Positions 50,420 to 63,263 of a stretch of 64,000 nt of DNA are shown here, in pieces. A program made the translations under genes and the position numbers. The DNA comes from Octopus sinensis (taxonomy: Eukaryota). The stretch covers positions 12,379,579-12,443,578 of the forward strand of contig NC_043026.1 of the NCBI RefSeq assembly GCF_006345805.1. The letters are read 5' to 3'. The stretch's first letter is position 1. Every line of letters begins with the position of its first letter. Below the pieces are notes generated by a model. That model saw nothing but the letters and a program-made list of their open reading frames with translations. It was not told the origin of the DNA and did no database searches.

Positions 50420-51713
50420 GGTCCATGAAAAAATTTTGCTTTAGATATATTTATTACAAGCAGCAGTTAGGTTTCTTTCTCTGGTGTTTTACAAAGCTCA
50501 ACCTATACATGTAAATGCATGAAAAACAAAACAGGATATTTGAAAGGAGCATCTATAAAACAAGTTTTTAAACACTGAATGGCTATTAGGGCCCACCAGA
50601 ATAAAACAGTAATCAAAGGGGTCCATAGATAAAAAATGGTTGAGAGCCCCTGCTTTAGATGTATGTATTGGTATGTATTGCAAGAAACAGCTGGGTTTCT
50701 TTCTCTGAACATTTTACAAAGTTCACCCTACACAAGTTCATCATCATCGTTTAACGTCCGTTCTCCATGCTAGCATGGGTTGGACGGTTCGACCGGGGAT
50801 CTGGGAAGCCAGAAGGCTGCACCAGGCTCCAGTCTTATCTGGCAATGTTTCTACAGCTGGATGCCCTTCCTAACGCCAACCACTCTGTGAGTGTAGTGGG
50901 TGCTTTTTACGTGCCACCCGCGGCTGGCAACGGCCACGGTCGGATTGGTGCTTTTTATGTGCCACCGGCACGGAAGCCAGATGAGGTGGCACTGGCTTTG
51001 GCCACGATTCGGATGGTGCTTTTTAAGTTAATGTGGGAAAAACAAAATAGGAAATTTGAAAGAAATTTCTATAAAGCTAGTTTTTAACTTGTGTCGGTGG
51101 CACATAAAAACACCATCCGAGCGTGGCCATCTGCCAGCCTCGTCTGGCACCTGTGTCGGTGGCACATAAAAAACACCATCCGAGCGTGGCTGTTCGCCAG
51201 CGTCATCTGGCACCTGTGTCGGTGGCACATAAAATCACCCACTACACTTTCGGAGTGGTTGGCGTTAGGAAGGGCATCCAGCTGTAGAAACACTGCCAGA
51301 TCAGACTGGAGCCTGGTGCAGCCTTCGGGCTCCCCAGACCCCAGTTGAACCGTCCAACCCATGCTAGCATGGAAAGCGGACGTTAAATGATGATGATGAT
51401 GATGATGATGAATAGCTTTGAGGGTCCACCAGAATAAAATAGCAATCAAAGGGGGGTCCATAGATAAAAAATGGTTGAGAACCCCTGCTTTAGATGTATG
51501 TATTGGTATGTATTGCAAGAAACAGCTGGGTTTCTTTCTCTAACATTTTACATAGATCAACCTACACAAATGAATGTTTGAAAAACAAAATAGGAATTTT
51601 GGAAGAAGTTTCTATAAAACACGTTTTTAAACACTGAATGGCTATGAGGGTCCACCTGAATAAAATAGCAATCAAAAGGGTCCATAGATAAAAAAAACGG
51701 TTGAGAACCCCTG
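50420..51713 (-). mobile_element. Fragmented second hAT-like MITE family (H2) with two RTE UTR insertions
   Basis: Repeated gggtccatagataaaaaatggttgaga(a/g)cccctg ends at ~50650, ~51487 and 51713. Confidence 0.6.
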
Positions 51714-51748
51714 GTTTGGAGAGAAATGATTTATTACAGACATCACAG

Positions 51749-52522
51749 TTAAGTGGGTTTCCTGTCATGAATGCCCTTGTGCTTAATTAAGTCATTGTTT
51801 CGAGAAAAGCATTTATTGCAAATATCACATTGATAGGGTTTCTCTCCCGTATGAATGAGTTTGTGTTTGGTTAAATTGCCTATTTGTGAGAATGATTTCC
51901 CACAGATGTCACAGTCATGTGGCTTCTCTCCTGTGTGAATGCGAATGTGCTTGGTTAACGTACTTCCATCAGAAAAAGATTTACCACAGATATCGCAGCG
52001 ATATGGTTTCTCTCCCGTATGAATACGCTTGTGTTTAATTAAGGTACTTCCTTCAGAGAATGATTTACCACAGATATTACAGTGATAAGGTTTCTCTCCT
52101 GTATGAATGTTCTTGTGAGTAGCCAGGTGATCATTTCGAGAGAAGGATTTACCACAGATATCACAATGATATGGTTTCTCTCCTGTGTGAGTATGTTTGT
52201 GTATATTTAAGTGATCGTTTCGAGAGAAAGATTTACCACAGATATCACAGTGATATTGCTTCTCTCCTGTGTGGATACGTTTGTGTTTATTTAAGTCATG
52301 ATTTTGAGAGAAGGACTTACCACAAATATCACAATGATATGGTTTCTCTCCTGTATGTGTACGTTTATGAGCAGTGAGGGTACGTTTTCGAGAGAAGGAT
52401 TTTTTACAGACATCACAGCAGTATAATACTTTACCTGTATCTTTTGACGTCTCCTCTGTACAGTCCGTCTTTTTAGACTGTGTCTTACATTTAGCACCGT
52501 CCTCACCCAATTCGTTTTCCAT
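51749..52522 (-). CDS. C2H2 zinc-finger protein, gene 4 (257 aa; 8 fingers)
   Basis: Intact ORF starting MENELG; acceptor ttattccag| at 53183-53184. Confidence 0.92.
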   Translation of the reverse strand: MENELGEDGAKCKTQSKKTDCTEETSKDTGKVLYCCDVCKKSFSRKRTLTAHKRTHTGEKPYHCDICGKSFSQNHDLNKHKRIHTGEKQYHCDICGKSFSRNDHLNIHKHTHTGEKPYHCDICGKSFSRNDHLATHKNIHTGEKPYHCNICGKSFSEGSTLIKHKRIHTGEKPYRCDICGKSFSDGSTLTKHIRIHTGEKPHDCDICGKSFSQIGNLTKHKLIHTGEKPYQCDICNKCFSRNNDLIKHKGIHDRKPT

Positions 52523-52853
52523 AATTTCTCACAAAATACAAGCTTTTCTTTGTTAGTCAAACAAATATAAATTCAGCTATATATCATCAATTCTAAAGTT
52601 ATTCAATGTATTAAGAACTTGCATATCCTTTCATAGTCCTTGTATAATTAGAAGGCAGTATCATCCAAACATTTAGCACCGTCCTCACCCAATTCGTTTT
52701 CCATAATTTCTCACAAAATACAAGCTTTTCTTTGTTAGTCAAACAAATATAAATTCAGCTATATATCATCAATTCTAAAGTTATTCAATGTATTGAGAAC
52801 TTGCATATCCTTTCATAGTCCTTGTATAATTAGAAGGCAGGATCATCCAAACA
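52488..52853. repeat. 182-bp tandem duplication spanning the gene 4 start codon
   Basis: catttagcaccgt at 52488 and 52670; the copies differ at about two bases. Confidence 0.9.
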
Positions 52854-55246
52854 TTAACGAACAGAAATTTTGCTCATTATCTCTGTGTTAGATAAGTTAA
52901 GTTAGTTAAGTTAATTTTTTGGCTCAAAAAGCAAAAAGCAAGGCCATGTAGGGGGACATGGAGTTATGTACAGGGAGGGTGCTCATGCCATTTCTGGTCA
53001 AGAGAGACTTTGAACCGACTTTTTAGTCTTCATAAAATATATAGTAATTCTATCATAATTCTACATGAACAAGGTTATATCTCTTTGGTGTAAATAAATT
53101 CTTTTAGTCTTTGAACGATAATGGATATCATGATTCGTTGAAAGTCAAAAATTATTCTTTAACTCTGATGTCATTTGGTTTTCTGGAATAAAAGAGAAAC
53201 GGTGTAAAACAATCGCGGATACTTAAAAAAAAAAATGAAGATTTAACAGTGGAAATTTGACATCTTTGATGATAATTATATTGATAAATAAGGCAATGAG
53301 CTGGTAGAAACATTAGCATGCTGGGTAAAATGCTTAGCGGTATTTCTGAGTTCAAATTCCGCCGAGGTCGACTTTGCCTTTCATCCTTTCGGGGTCAAAG
53401 TAAGTACCAGTTGAGCACTGGGGTTGATGTAATTGACTTACCTGCCTCCCCCAAAATTGCTGGCTTTGTGCTAAAATTTGAAAACAATATTTATTCAGAA
53501 TAAGGTGGTGAGTTACACAGGAGCCATTAAAACAACAGTTACTCAAGAAATCAGTTTTATCAAATACTGCAGGGGCTCTTTAGAGGTAGGGGATAATTTC
53601 TTCTACCTAGGAGACCAAATTAGTAATGAGGGAGGATGTATAGAGAGTGTAATAGCTAGAACAAGGATAAAATGGAGAAAATACAGAGAGCTTTTATCTC
53701 TGTTGGCAGTGCCTTGAACGAATCTCTTTAAAAATCACAGACTACTGTCTTAAAAAAAAACTAGAAAAGGCAACTTATTCTTAAACCAATTAAATGGTAA
53801 AATATTAATCACACTGTTATTCCCTAATTTTATCCAATAATTACATCGACACCAGTGCGTAGCTGGTACTTATTTAATCGTCACCGAAAGGATGAAAGGC
53901 AAAGTCGACCTCGGCGGAATTTGAACTCAGAACGTAACGGCAGACGAAATACCTATTTCTTTATTAACAACAAGGGGCTAAACACAGAGGGGACAAACAA
54001 GGACAGACATAGGTATTAAGTCGATTACATCGAGTCCCAGTGCGTAACTGGTACTTAATTTATCGACCCCCGAAAGGATGAAAGACAAAGTCGACCTCGG
54101 CGGAATTTGAACTCAGAACGTAACGGCAGACGAAATATACCGCTAAGCATTTTGCCCGGGCTGCTAACGATTCTGCCAGCTCGTCGCCTAATGTATTACC
54201 ATTGACAAAGCGGGGGGACCCAATATTTTTGTTTTATAGTAAAATACAACTGCTTATAAAAATAATAATATAAAAATAATATACTTACTCGGCATAAATT
54301 AACAACAGTGTAGAATTATATATATATATATCATTCAGACATTAATTGCATAAGTTGGGACAAAATTAATTATATATTCTTTTCCAGTTCTCAAATTGGA
54401 GATCTGACCGTTTAGAGCGATCAGTATACTTATAGAGATAATTATAAGAATTTATATTTGATATAAGAATAATTACTCAGGATATAACCTCAACCGTTTT
54501 ATATACACCCACAAACTCCAATTAAAGACAGCATACGGGAAAATAGATTTACCTTACCGGTGCCTACCCACAATTTTCTACATTGATAAATAATTCCGAA
54601 AGGGAATAGATGGTTTCATAAATCAGGGTATGCTTAATATATGCTTAATATATGTTGGTTTCTGTGTTGATTATCGTGTGCAAGCATTGTTTCGATATCA
54701 GATGGACAGTGATTTGTGTGTATTTTACAAAGAACTGCTATTGATAGCGAATTTAGTTTAATTCAACATCCGATCTCCTAACTTCCCTTCTGGCAGTCTG
54801 ATACAATTCCCTGCTACCACCGTTCTTCCAGTTGTTCCAAGCTTGTATCTCTTTTTCTCTAATAGCCCTGTCTACAACATTGTTCCACCACCGTGTCATT
54901 GGGTGGGTCTTGAACTCCAAACCGTGAGCTTTGCAAAGCGAACTGTGAAAGTAAAAGAAACCGAAACAGGAGCAAGGGAGATGACTCCCATGTTAGCCCC
55001 TACTCTTCTCCGATTCACTGCGATCCTGCACTTCCTGTCTCCATCTTTACCGTTCCCTTCGAACATAACATTATTTGTTTCCTACAAATTCGTTCTTCCA
55101 CCTTTTTATATTCAACATTCTCAAGGTATTCTAATTATATTCAACTAATTTCTTTTTCTACACTTCCTGCTTTTCTTTTAAATATTGATCTTTACATTTC
55201 GGGGCTGTTTTCTAAGGGTTTCTATCTCTTCAACCACCTCCTAGAG

Positions 55247-56005
55247 CAGTGTTTATTGACCTGTGGACCCCTTTTTAGCTGACGAACCCCACCATAATCA
55301 TTCGATGTATAAAAACTCAGTGTTTATTGACCTGTGGACCCCTTTTTAGCTGACGAACCCCACCATAATCATTCGATGTATAAAAACTCAGTGTTTCTTT
55401 ACCTGTGGACCCCTTTTTAGCTGACGAACCCCACCATAATCATTCGATGTATAAAAACTCAGTGTTTATTGACCTGTGGACCCCTTTTTAGCTGACGAAC
55501 CCCACCATAATCATTCGATGTATAAAAACTCAGTGTTTCTTTACCTGTGGACCCCTTTTTAGCTGACGAACCCCACCATAATCATTCGATGTTTAAAAAC
55601 TCAGTGTTTCTTTACCTGTGGACCCCTTTTTAGCTGACGAACCCCACCATAATCATTCGATGTATAAAAACTCAATGTTTCTTTACCTGTGGACCCCTTT
55701 TTAGCTGACGAACCCCACCATAATCATTCGATGTTTAAAAACTCAGTGTTTCTTTACCTGTGGACCCCTTTTTTGCCGACGAACCCCACCATAATCATTC
55801 GATGTATAAAAACTAGTTTTATAGATACTTATTTCAAAATTCCTATTTTATTTAACGTTAAAGAAACTTGTTTCTTCCAAAATAAATACATCTAAAACAG
55901 AACCTTTTCATGGACCCTTAATACACTACAGCAGGTCCCTGGTTTACTGTTTTGTTTGCGTAGATCCACAAAACCCCTTTTATGGACCCTAGTTGAGAAC
56001 CGTTG
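55247..56005 (+). repeat. hAT-like MITE (H2) with its left end amplified as 8 x 71 bp
   Basis: Unit starts at 55247, 55318, 55389 and on to 55744. Right end gttgagaaccgttg; flanks tcctagag/acctagag match at 7/8. Confidence 0.8.
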
Positions 56006-56092
56006 ACCTAGAGGTTCCATACCTTTTGTAAAATAATAGAAATTATTTATGTCTTCAAATACGAGAATATTAATGCTTCTTCATTATTATCC

Positions 56093-56400
56093 TATACTAG
56101 CAGTATCGCCCGGCGTTGCTCAGGTTTGTTTCGACCCTTTAGAATTGGAAGTTTTGAAAAGTAAAAATTTTGCATCGTGTAGCTTGTTATTCTCTTTAAG
56201 TGAACATTTTTCTGGTTGAAATACACCGAAAAATGGCGACAGAGCAGTAAAAAAATCGGGATCTTTATAGAAAAAAGGCACCTTTTTGATGTAAATAATT
56301 TTTGATGTTAACATGGTCCGATTTGAATTTTTTCTTCTATGGAATGAACAAGCCGCCTTCTATCATAGTCTCAATTTTGGTCAACTTGCGCTGCAGAGTC
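56093..56400 (+). mobile_element. Possible non-autonomous Helitron-like element
   Basis: Starts tactagcagtatcgcccggcgttgct, resembling invertebrate Helitron-type 5' ends from memory. The 3' end is not defined. Confidence 0.35.
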
Positions 56401-57055
56401 TCTGCTGAGGACAATTCAGACCCACTAAAGCCCGAATACATTTTCTCTAACCCGCTGCCAAGCGGCACGGAAATCATGTCCAACTAACAAAACAGGAAAC
56501 CAGTAACTGAATCAATGCATGCACAGTAACCGGAAGCAAGATTCTTACCACATGACCATGTCTGCACTTATTATAGATTATTATTATAAAAATGTAAAAT
56601 TTTCACTACTGAATCTCAATTTTTTTTTTTTTTTTGTAATAATCTGCTATAGTTTATACTGTTTCTATGCTATTTCAGAAGACCAAGTGAAATTGGAATT
56701 CAAGAATAATTTTTTACTTCAAATGTAATCACCAATATTCTTCATCTTTAAAGACCAAAGGAAGTTGCTATGCAGAACACATATAACTTCATATATATAA
56801 ATCTGTGGTGAATTTGCTTTGAAATATTTCCCCCTGACGAAGACTGTCAAAAATTTCTTTACTTTACTATCTGGAATATGATCACACTGATTTCAAGTTC
56901 TAATTAAATTTAGAATACAACAGAGTTTAATATGTCTTCAGATCCTGATTAAGGTCACAGCTGAAGTAATTAGAGCTGAATTAATTTCAATTAGGGATTT
57001 CAAAAAATAAATAAAAAGGAAAGCATTTGTATATTGATGTAATAGAATACGAGTA

Positions 57056-57919
57056 ATGGAAAATAAGTTGTGTGAGGATAATGTTGAATGTAAATCACAA
57101 TCTAAAAGAAATGATTTTCTTGATGAGATACCGAAAGATATAGAAAAAAAATCGTACCACTGTGACATCTGTGAAAAGTCATTCACTCGAAAAGATAGCC
57201 TCACCATTCACAAACGCATTCATACAGGAGATAAACCATATCACTGTGATATCTGTGGTAAGGCGTTCTCGCAGACGGGTAGTTTGACTACACACAAACG
57301 CGTCCATACATGTGAAAAACCATATCACTGTGATATCTGTGGTAAATCATTCTCTGAAGGAACTCACTTAACTAAACACAAACGCATTCATACAGGAGAG
57401 AAGCCATACCACTGTGATACCTGTGGTAAGTCATTCGCTCTCAGTGGTAATTTAACTACTCACAAACGTATTCATACTGAAGAGAGACCATATCAGTGTG
57501 ATATCTGTGGTAAATCATTTTCAAATGGCAGCACTTTAGCAAAACATAAGCACATTCATGCAGAAGAAAAACCATATCACTGTAGCATCTGTGGTAAATC
57601 CTTCTCTCAAACAGGTAGCTTAACCACACACATACGTATTCACACAGGAGAGAAACCATATCCCTGCGATATTTGTGGTAAATCATTCTCTCAAAATGAC
57701 AACTTGACTAAACACAAACGTATTCATACAGGAGAGAAACTTTTTCACTGTGATATGTGCATCAAATCATTCTCACGAAATGACCATTTAACTAGACACA
57801 TGCTCATTCATACAGGAGAAAAACCATTTTATTGTGAAATCTGTGGTAAATCATTCTCTCAAAGAGGGCACTTAACTATACACAAGTATATTCATACAGA
57901 AGAGAAACAGAGTGATTGA
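57056..57919 (+). CDS. C2H2 zinc-finger protein, gene 5 (287 aa; 9 fingers)
   Basis: Intact ORF starting MENKLC; acceptor tatttcag| at 56677-56678. Confidence 0.93.
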   Translation: MENKLCEDNVECKSQSKRNDFLDEIPKDIEKKSYHCDICEKSFTRKDSLTIHKRIHTGDKPYHCDICGKAFSQTGSLTTHKRVHTCEKPYHCDICGKSFSEGTHLTKHKRIHTGEKPYHCDTCGKSFALSGNLTTHKRIHTEERPYQCDICGKSFSNGSTLAKHKHIHAEEKPYHCSICGKSFSQTGSLTTHIRIHTGEKPYPCDICGKSFSQNDNLTKHKRIHTGEKLFHCDMCIKSFSRNDHLTRHMLIHTGEKPFYCEICGKSFSQRGHLTIHKYIHTEEKQSD

Positions 57920-57963
57920 TATCTGTGTTAAACCTTTATCTTTAAAAAGAAAAGACAATTTAT

Positions 57964-58357
57964 GGATCTTTTCGGTTTGAACGGCAGTTTTTTCTAGCGG
58001 TGTCATATGAAATTGTCACCCATAATTATGACCCTAGTATCGATCTATTGCATTTCAATCTGTTTTAGGGTATCTTTTCTTTTCTTCACAAATGTAAATA
58101 AACCCAATCTATTTCTTAAACGAGGGACATATTCATATTGCCCAGAATATTTTTTACCTCAATAGACGTCAGTAATTGGTTGAAATTGCAGAAATTGAAA
58201 AAAAAAAAAACAAATATTTTACAAACTATAGCATTTTCTCAATAAAGCCAAGAGAAAAAAGATGTTTTATAAACACATTCTACCAGTATACGAAGTTTAA
58301 AATTTTTTAGTTACCTAGAAATTATGTTAAAAACTGCCATTCAAACCAAAAAGATCC
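57964..58357 (-). mobile_element. Merlin-like MITE M1
   Basis: Both TIRs present and a perfect 8-bp TSD, caatttat (57956-57963, 58358-58365). Confidence 0.88.
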
Positions 58358-58498
58358 CAATTTATTACGTGTGTTCATACAAAAAGTATCTCTATCAATA
58401 TGTAAATGATATGTAACAATAAATGTATTCACACAGGAAAGTATAGCCATGTGATAACAACCTCATATTAGTATACTTATACTGGGGACAAAATTTAT

Positions 58499-58910
58499 GG
58501 ATCTTTTCAGTTTGAACAGCAGTTTTTAACATAATTTCTAGGTAACTAAAAAATTTTAAACTTCGTATACTGGTAGAATGTGTTTATAAAACATCTTTTT
58601 CTCTTGGCTTTATTGAAAAAATTCTATAGTTTGTAAAATATTTGTTGTTTTTTTCTCTTCGATTTCTTCAATTTCAACCAATCACTGAGGTCCAATGAGG
58701 TAAACAACATTCTGTGCCGTATGAATATGTCCCTCGTTTAAGAAACAGATTGGGTTTATTTACATTTCTGAAGAAAAAAAGATACCCTTCCCTCCACCCC
58801 TAACCCTAAAACAGATTGAAATGCAATAGATCGATACTAGGGTCATAATTATGGGTGACAATTTCATATGACACCGCTAGAAAAAACTGCCGTTCGAAAC
58901 GTAAAAATCC
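58499..58910 (+). mobile_element. Merlin-like MITE M1, opposite orientation to its neighbour
   Basis: Both TIRs present; flanks aaatttat/aaattttc. Confidence 0.82.
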
Positions 58911-61626
58911 AAATTTTCCAGTCTGATACATTTTAATAAAAAGCACTTTGTCCACCTTTGCCTTCTGAGTTCAAATTCCTTCCTAATTTGTTAACTTTTG
59001 AGTTCCATCCTTCTCATTTTCATAAGTATATTCAAATAAGTAGAGTTTCTTTTTAGAACTGGAGGATATACCCCCAACTTGACCAAATGCTAACCTCTGA
59101 CAAATATAAAGTGCAAACCATGTTGGAATAGCGTTGTTATTAAAACAGTACAGTTACTGTTACTTACTTACTTTACTTTTTTGTTTAACGTCCGTTTTCC
59201 ATGCTAGCATGGGTTGGACGGTTCAACTGGGGTCTGGGAAACCAGATGGCTGCGCCAGGCTCCAGTCTGATCTGGCAGTGTTTCTACAGCCTGATGCCCT
59301 TCCTAACGCCAACCACTCCAAGATTGTAGTGGGTGCTTTTTATGTGGCACCTGCACAGGTGCCAGACGAGGCTGGCAAACAGCCACGATCAGGTGTTGCT
59401 TTTTATGTGCCACTGGCACGGCGGCCAGACGGGGCTGGCAACAGCCACAATCAGATGGTGCTTTTTATGTGCCACCGGCACAGAGGCCAGTCTGGGCAGC
59501 ACTGGCAACATTCGGATGGTTCTCTTACGTACCACCGGCACTGGTATCACAGCTACAATTTCCATTGATGTTGAACGATTTTGATTTTCACTTGCCTCAA
59601 CAGGTCTTCACAAGTAGAGTTTGTGTCACAAGAAGGAAAGGTATGCATAAGTGGGCTGGCTACGTCCCAGGTAGAGGCCACGGGTTATGGTCTCACTTGT
59701 CCTGCCGGGTCTTCCCACGCACAGCATGGTCTCGGTCTCTGGTCATTTCCTCGGTGAGACCTAAAGTTCACCTCATCCAAATGCTCACACACAAACATGC
59801 CATAACCACTAGACATGGAGAGGAATTACAACCGTGTTTCGTGGTCTGCTACCACAACAGCTCCTTTATAGGATCCAGTTAGCTCAAGACATCATCAGGA
59901 GGAACCATGTTCGATTTCGGCCCCTACTCCTCTACCGTTTTGACGTGGCGGGGACCCCCTCCTTTCGGAAGTGTCTTCAGCTCTGGTGTTGGGTGTATGT
60001 CTTCTTTCTTCTTCTTTCTTCTCTTCCCTGGCCTCTTCAATGTATCGTCAGCGAGTGTCAGCCAGTGACTGACTGACTTGTCAAATTTTTCCCTTTAAAT
60101 ACCTGCTGCTAGGCTCCAGCAGGCAGCCACAGCAAGTTGTCACATGACACTGTCTCACCTTAACTGACTAGTGAAGGTGCGTAGTTTTAGCCCGTGCTTT
60201 TTCTAAACGACCGTCACCTGACAGGCAGTCCCAGCAAGTTGTTATGTGACACTGTCTCACCTTAACTGACAAGTGAAGGCGCGTATTATTTCTTCTCCCT
60301 GCATCTTCTACTAAAGCTTTTTCTAACTCTATAATATAACAACCCACTTTATACCACCATCCTAGTTTGCCATACATCATGTACATTTACTCTGCTCAAC
60401 GTACCTCTTAGCCACTCATCAAACACTTTGCTCAATCTTTTATTATCGTAACTGCAACTGTCTGGTATTCCCTCTCTCTTTACTCTCTTTTATTAGTTTC
60501 AGTCATTTGACTGTGGCCATGCTGGAGCACCGCCTTTAGTTGAGCAAATCGACCCCCAGGACTTATTCTTTGTAAGCCTAGTACTTATTCTATCGGTCTC
60601 TTTTGCCAAACCTCTAAGTTACAGGGACGTAAACACACCAGCATCGGTTGTCAAGCGATGTTGGTGGGGACAAACACAAACATATACACACACATATACA
60701 TATACATATATACGACGGGCTTCTTTCAGTTTCCGTCTACCAAATCCAATCACAAGGTTTTGGTCGGCCTAAGGCTATAGTAGAAGACTAAGGTGCCACG
60801 CAGTGGGACTGAACCCGGAACCATATGGTTCATAAGCAAGCTACTTACCACACAGCCTCTCTGAAAAAAAAAAAACTTTTAAAGGTTACAAAACCCTGTC
60901 CGAGATGATGGCCTGCAGGGCTTCTGAAGTGATGAAGTGTGAACAGTGAATAGTCATCACTTCATGTACTTCTGGTAATCATCATCATCATCGTTTAACG
61001 TCCATTTTCCATGCGAGCACAGGTTGGGCGGTTCGTCTAGGGTCTGGGAAGCCAGGAGGCTGCACCAGGCTCCAGTCTGATCTGGCAATGTTTCTACGGC
61101 TGGATGCCCTTCCTAACGCCAACCACTCCGTGAGTGTAGTGGGTGCTTTTTACATGCCAGGCGAAGCTGGCAACGGCCACGATCAATTGGTGCTTTTTAC
61201 GTACCACCGGCACGGGCCAGTCAAGGTGGCGCTGGCATCGACCACGTACGGATGGTGCTTTTTAACCCTTTTATGTTTAAGCCGGCCATATCCGGCCCAA
61301 ATATCCTGCATGTTTTACATTCAAACTGGCCATATCCAGCCCCTCACACCTAACCTACATTGACATTCTAAGATTAAACTATCACACCATTGAAACTTCA
61401 AAGCTATAAGATAATGTATGATTAATTGAAAATAATTTGAGTGTAAAAAGTATTACATTTAACAGATTAATCTGAACAGTAAAGGGTTAAAGTTATGTAT
61501 GTATGTGTGTGTGCATGTGAAAGTGTATATATTCGTGTGTGTGTTATTTCCCCCTCAACTTCATGTGTGTTTGCTGATTGTAAACAAAGGCCTCACTATT
61601 CACACAAACAGTCTCATATGTGAGGT

Positions 61627-62112
61627 ATACTTGCCATCTCAATATGGCTAACCACTAAGGGTGGGTGTTACTGTAGCTTTTAGCCCCAGGAGAACATCGT
61701 CTCCAGCTGGCTTTAGGCACACTTTCTATGCCCTTATAGTATTTGCAAAGAGAGGTCATCCCTCCCTCGTCAACCTAAGTGATACGCACGGACTGCAGTT
61801 TCTAGGTATTGACCTGTCGTCGGCGTACGATAATCACCGGTTTTCGACGAAGGGAGACCCAATGCAAATCCTTATAACGTTTTTCCAGTAACTTTTCGTC
61901 ACTGATCTCGAAAAACTGTCTGCAAGCAATAATAAATCTCTGAACGAGATGTAAACAGTAACCGCTTGACAACGTAAAGTATACTAGCCATCTCAATATG
62001 GCTAACCACTAAAGGTGGGTGTTACTGTAGCTTTTAGCCCCAGGAGATCATCGTCTCCTGCTGGCTTTAGGCACACTTTCTGTGCTCTTATGGTATTTGC
62101 AAAGGGAGGTCT
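61627..62112. repeat. Two ~130-bp direct repeats around a ~220-bp CpG-rich core
   Basis: 61627-61757 matches 61980-62112. Confidence 0.75.
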
Positions 62113-62294
62113 CATATGATTATAGTCCAATACGAAAGCATGTTCGGGTTGCATGATCTTCATAACGTAATTACAGATTATTGTAATATTTACAATAATC
62201 TGTCATATTTACAATAAACTGTCAGCAAAGAGAAAAAGTGGTGGTGAGGGAATAGAGGAGCAGTTGTTTCCCTTACATATGTGAAGGATTTAAC

Positions 62295-62345
62295 GTGCAT
62301 GCGCAGTAGTGATTTCCTCTCTTCGTTCTTTCACCGCGGCTCGCT
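62295..62345 (+). promoter_or_regulatory. Putative promoter of gene 6
   Basis: GTGCATGCGCAGT at 62295-62307, the same motif and relative orientation as for genes 1 and 3. Confidence 0.4.
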
Positions 62346-62615
62346 AATATTTCTTCTTCTTTTTACATTTTAATTTGACTACTTAACTATTTTAAAGCAT
62401 ATTTATTTTCCAATCGAATAATTATTTTCATGACAATATTCTCAACCCCTGTAAAATAATATAATATGGCTGTGTGGTAAGAAACTTGCTTTCCAACCGC
62501 ACGCTTCCGGGTTCGGTCCCACCACCTGGCACCTCGGGTAAGTATCGTCTACTTATTGTTTCGGGGCCTTGTGAGTGGATTTGATAGACGGAAACTGAAA
62601 GAAGAGCGTTGTGTG

Positions 62616-63006
62616 GGTTCTACTTAAGAAGAGTGGTCCCGGTGCGCGCGCATCCGCGCTGGCTAGTCGTGACTAGTCGATCCTTTGTGTTTTATTTACT
62701 TTGCTAGGTAGTCGTTGTAGGATCAACTAGTCACGACTAGCTGGCGCGAGTGCGCGCACCGGGACCACTCTTTTTAAGTTGTACCCGTTGTGTGTTTGTG
62801 TGTATATATATATATATAGGTACTACTTGAGAACAGTGGTCTCGGTGCGCGTACTCGCGCACCCGCGCCAGCTAGTCATGACTAGTCGATCCTTACTTTG
62901 TGTTTTTGTGTTTTATTTACTTTGCTAGGTAGTCGTTGTAGGATCGACTACTTACGACTAGCTAGCGCGGATGCGCGCACCGGGACCACTATTCGCTAGT
63001 AGTACC
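62616..63006. mobile_element. Two CpG-rich palindromic Merlin-like MITEs (M4): 62616-62786 and 62819-63006
   Basis: ~70-bp TIRs with GGT(A/T)C termini. The first has the 9-bp TSD cgttgtgtg; the second sits in a (TA)n tract. Confidence 0.8.
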
Positions 63007-63263
63007 ATATATATATTGTACCATAACTGCCAAGTCTGTTTCTTTACATTTGAAGAAAAAGATCATCACTTTCCGAAAAGGGTTTTTTTTTATATATGTT
63101 GGGTTAGGGGTGGGGGAAAAGGGTGTCTTTTTTTTTCTTCAGAAATGTAAACAAACCCACGTGGGTTTATAATTGGCAGTTATGGTACTTGTACCGAAAG
63201 ATCGCCCAATTTTGTCTATATATATATACCCTATAGTATATATATCATTTCTTTTTCTTTCAG

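Noticed and set aside
54843-55148. 101-aa ORF between genes 4 and 5
   Set aside because: It has no ATG start or recognisable motif and is pyrimidine-rich, more like promoter or UTR sequence.
56517-56549. Degenerate NRF1/ETS motif and a minus-strand gtaagaatc donor as first exon of gene 4
   Set aside because: It would crowd the gene 5 acceptor, and another candidate donor exists near 54555. It cannot be resolved without RNA data.
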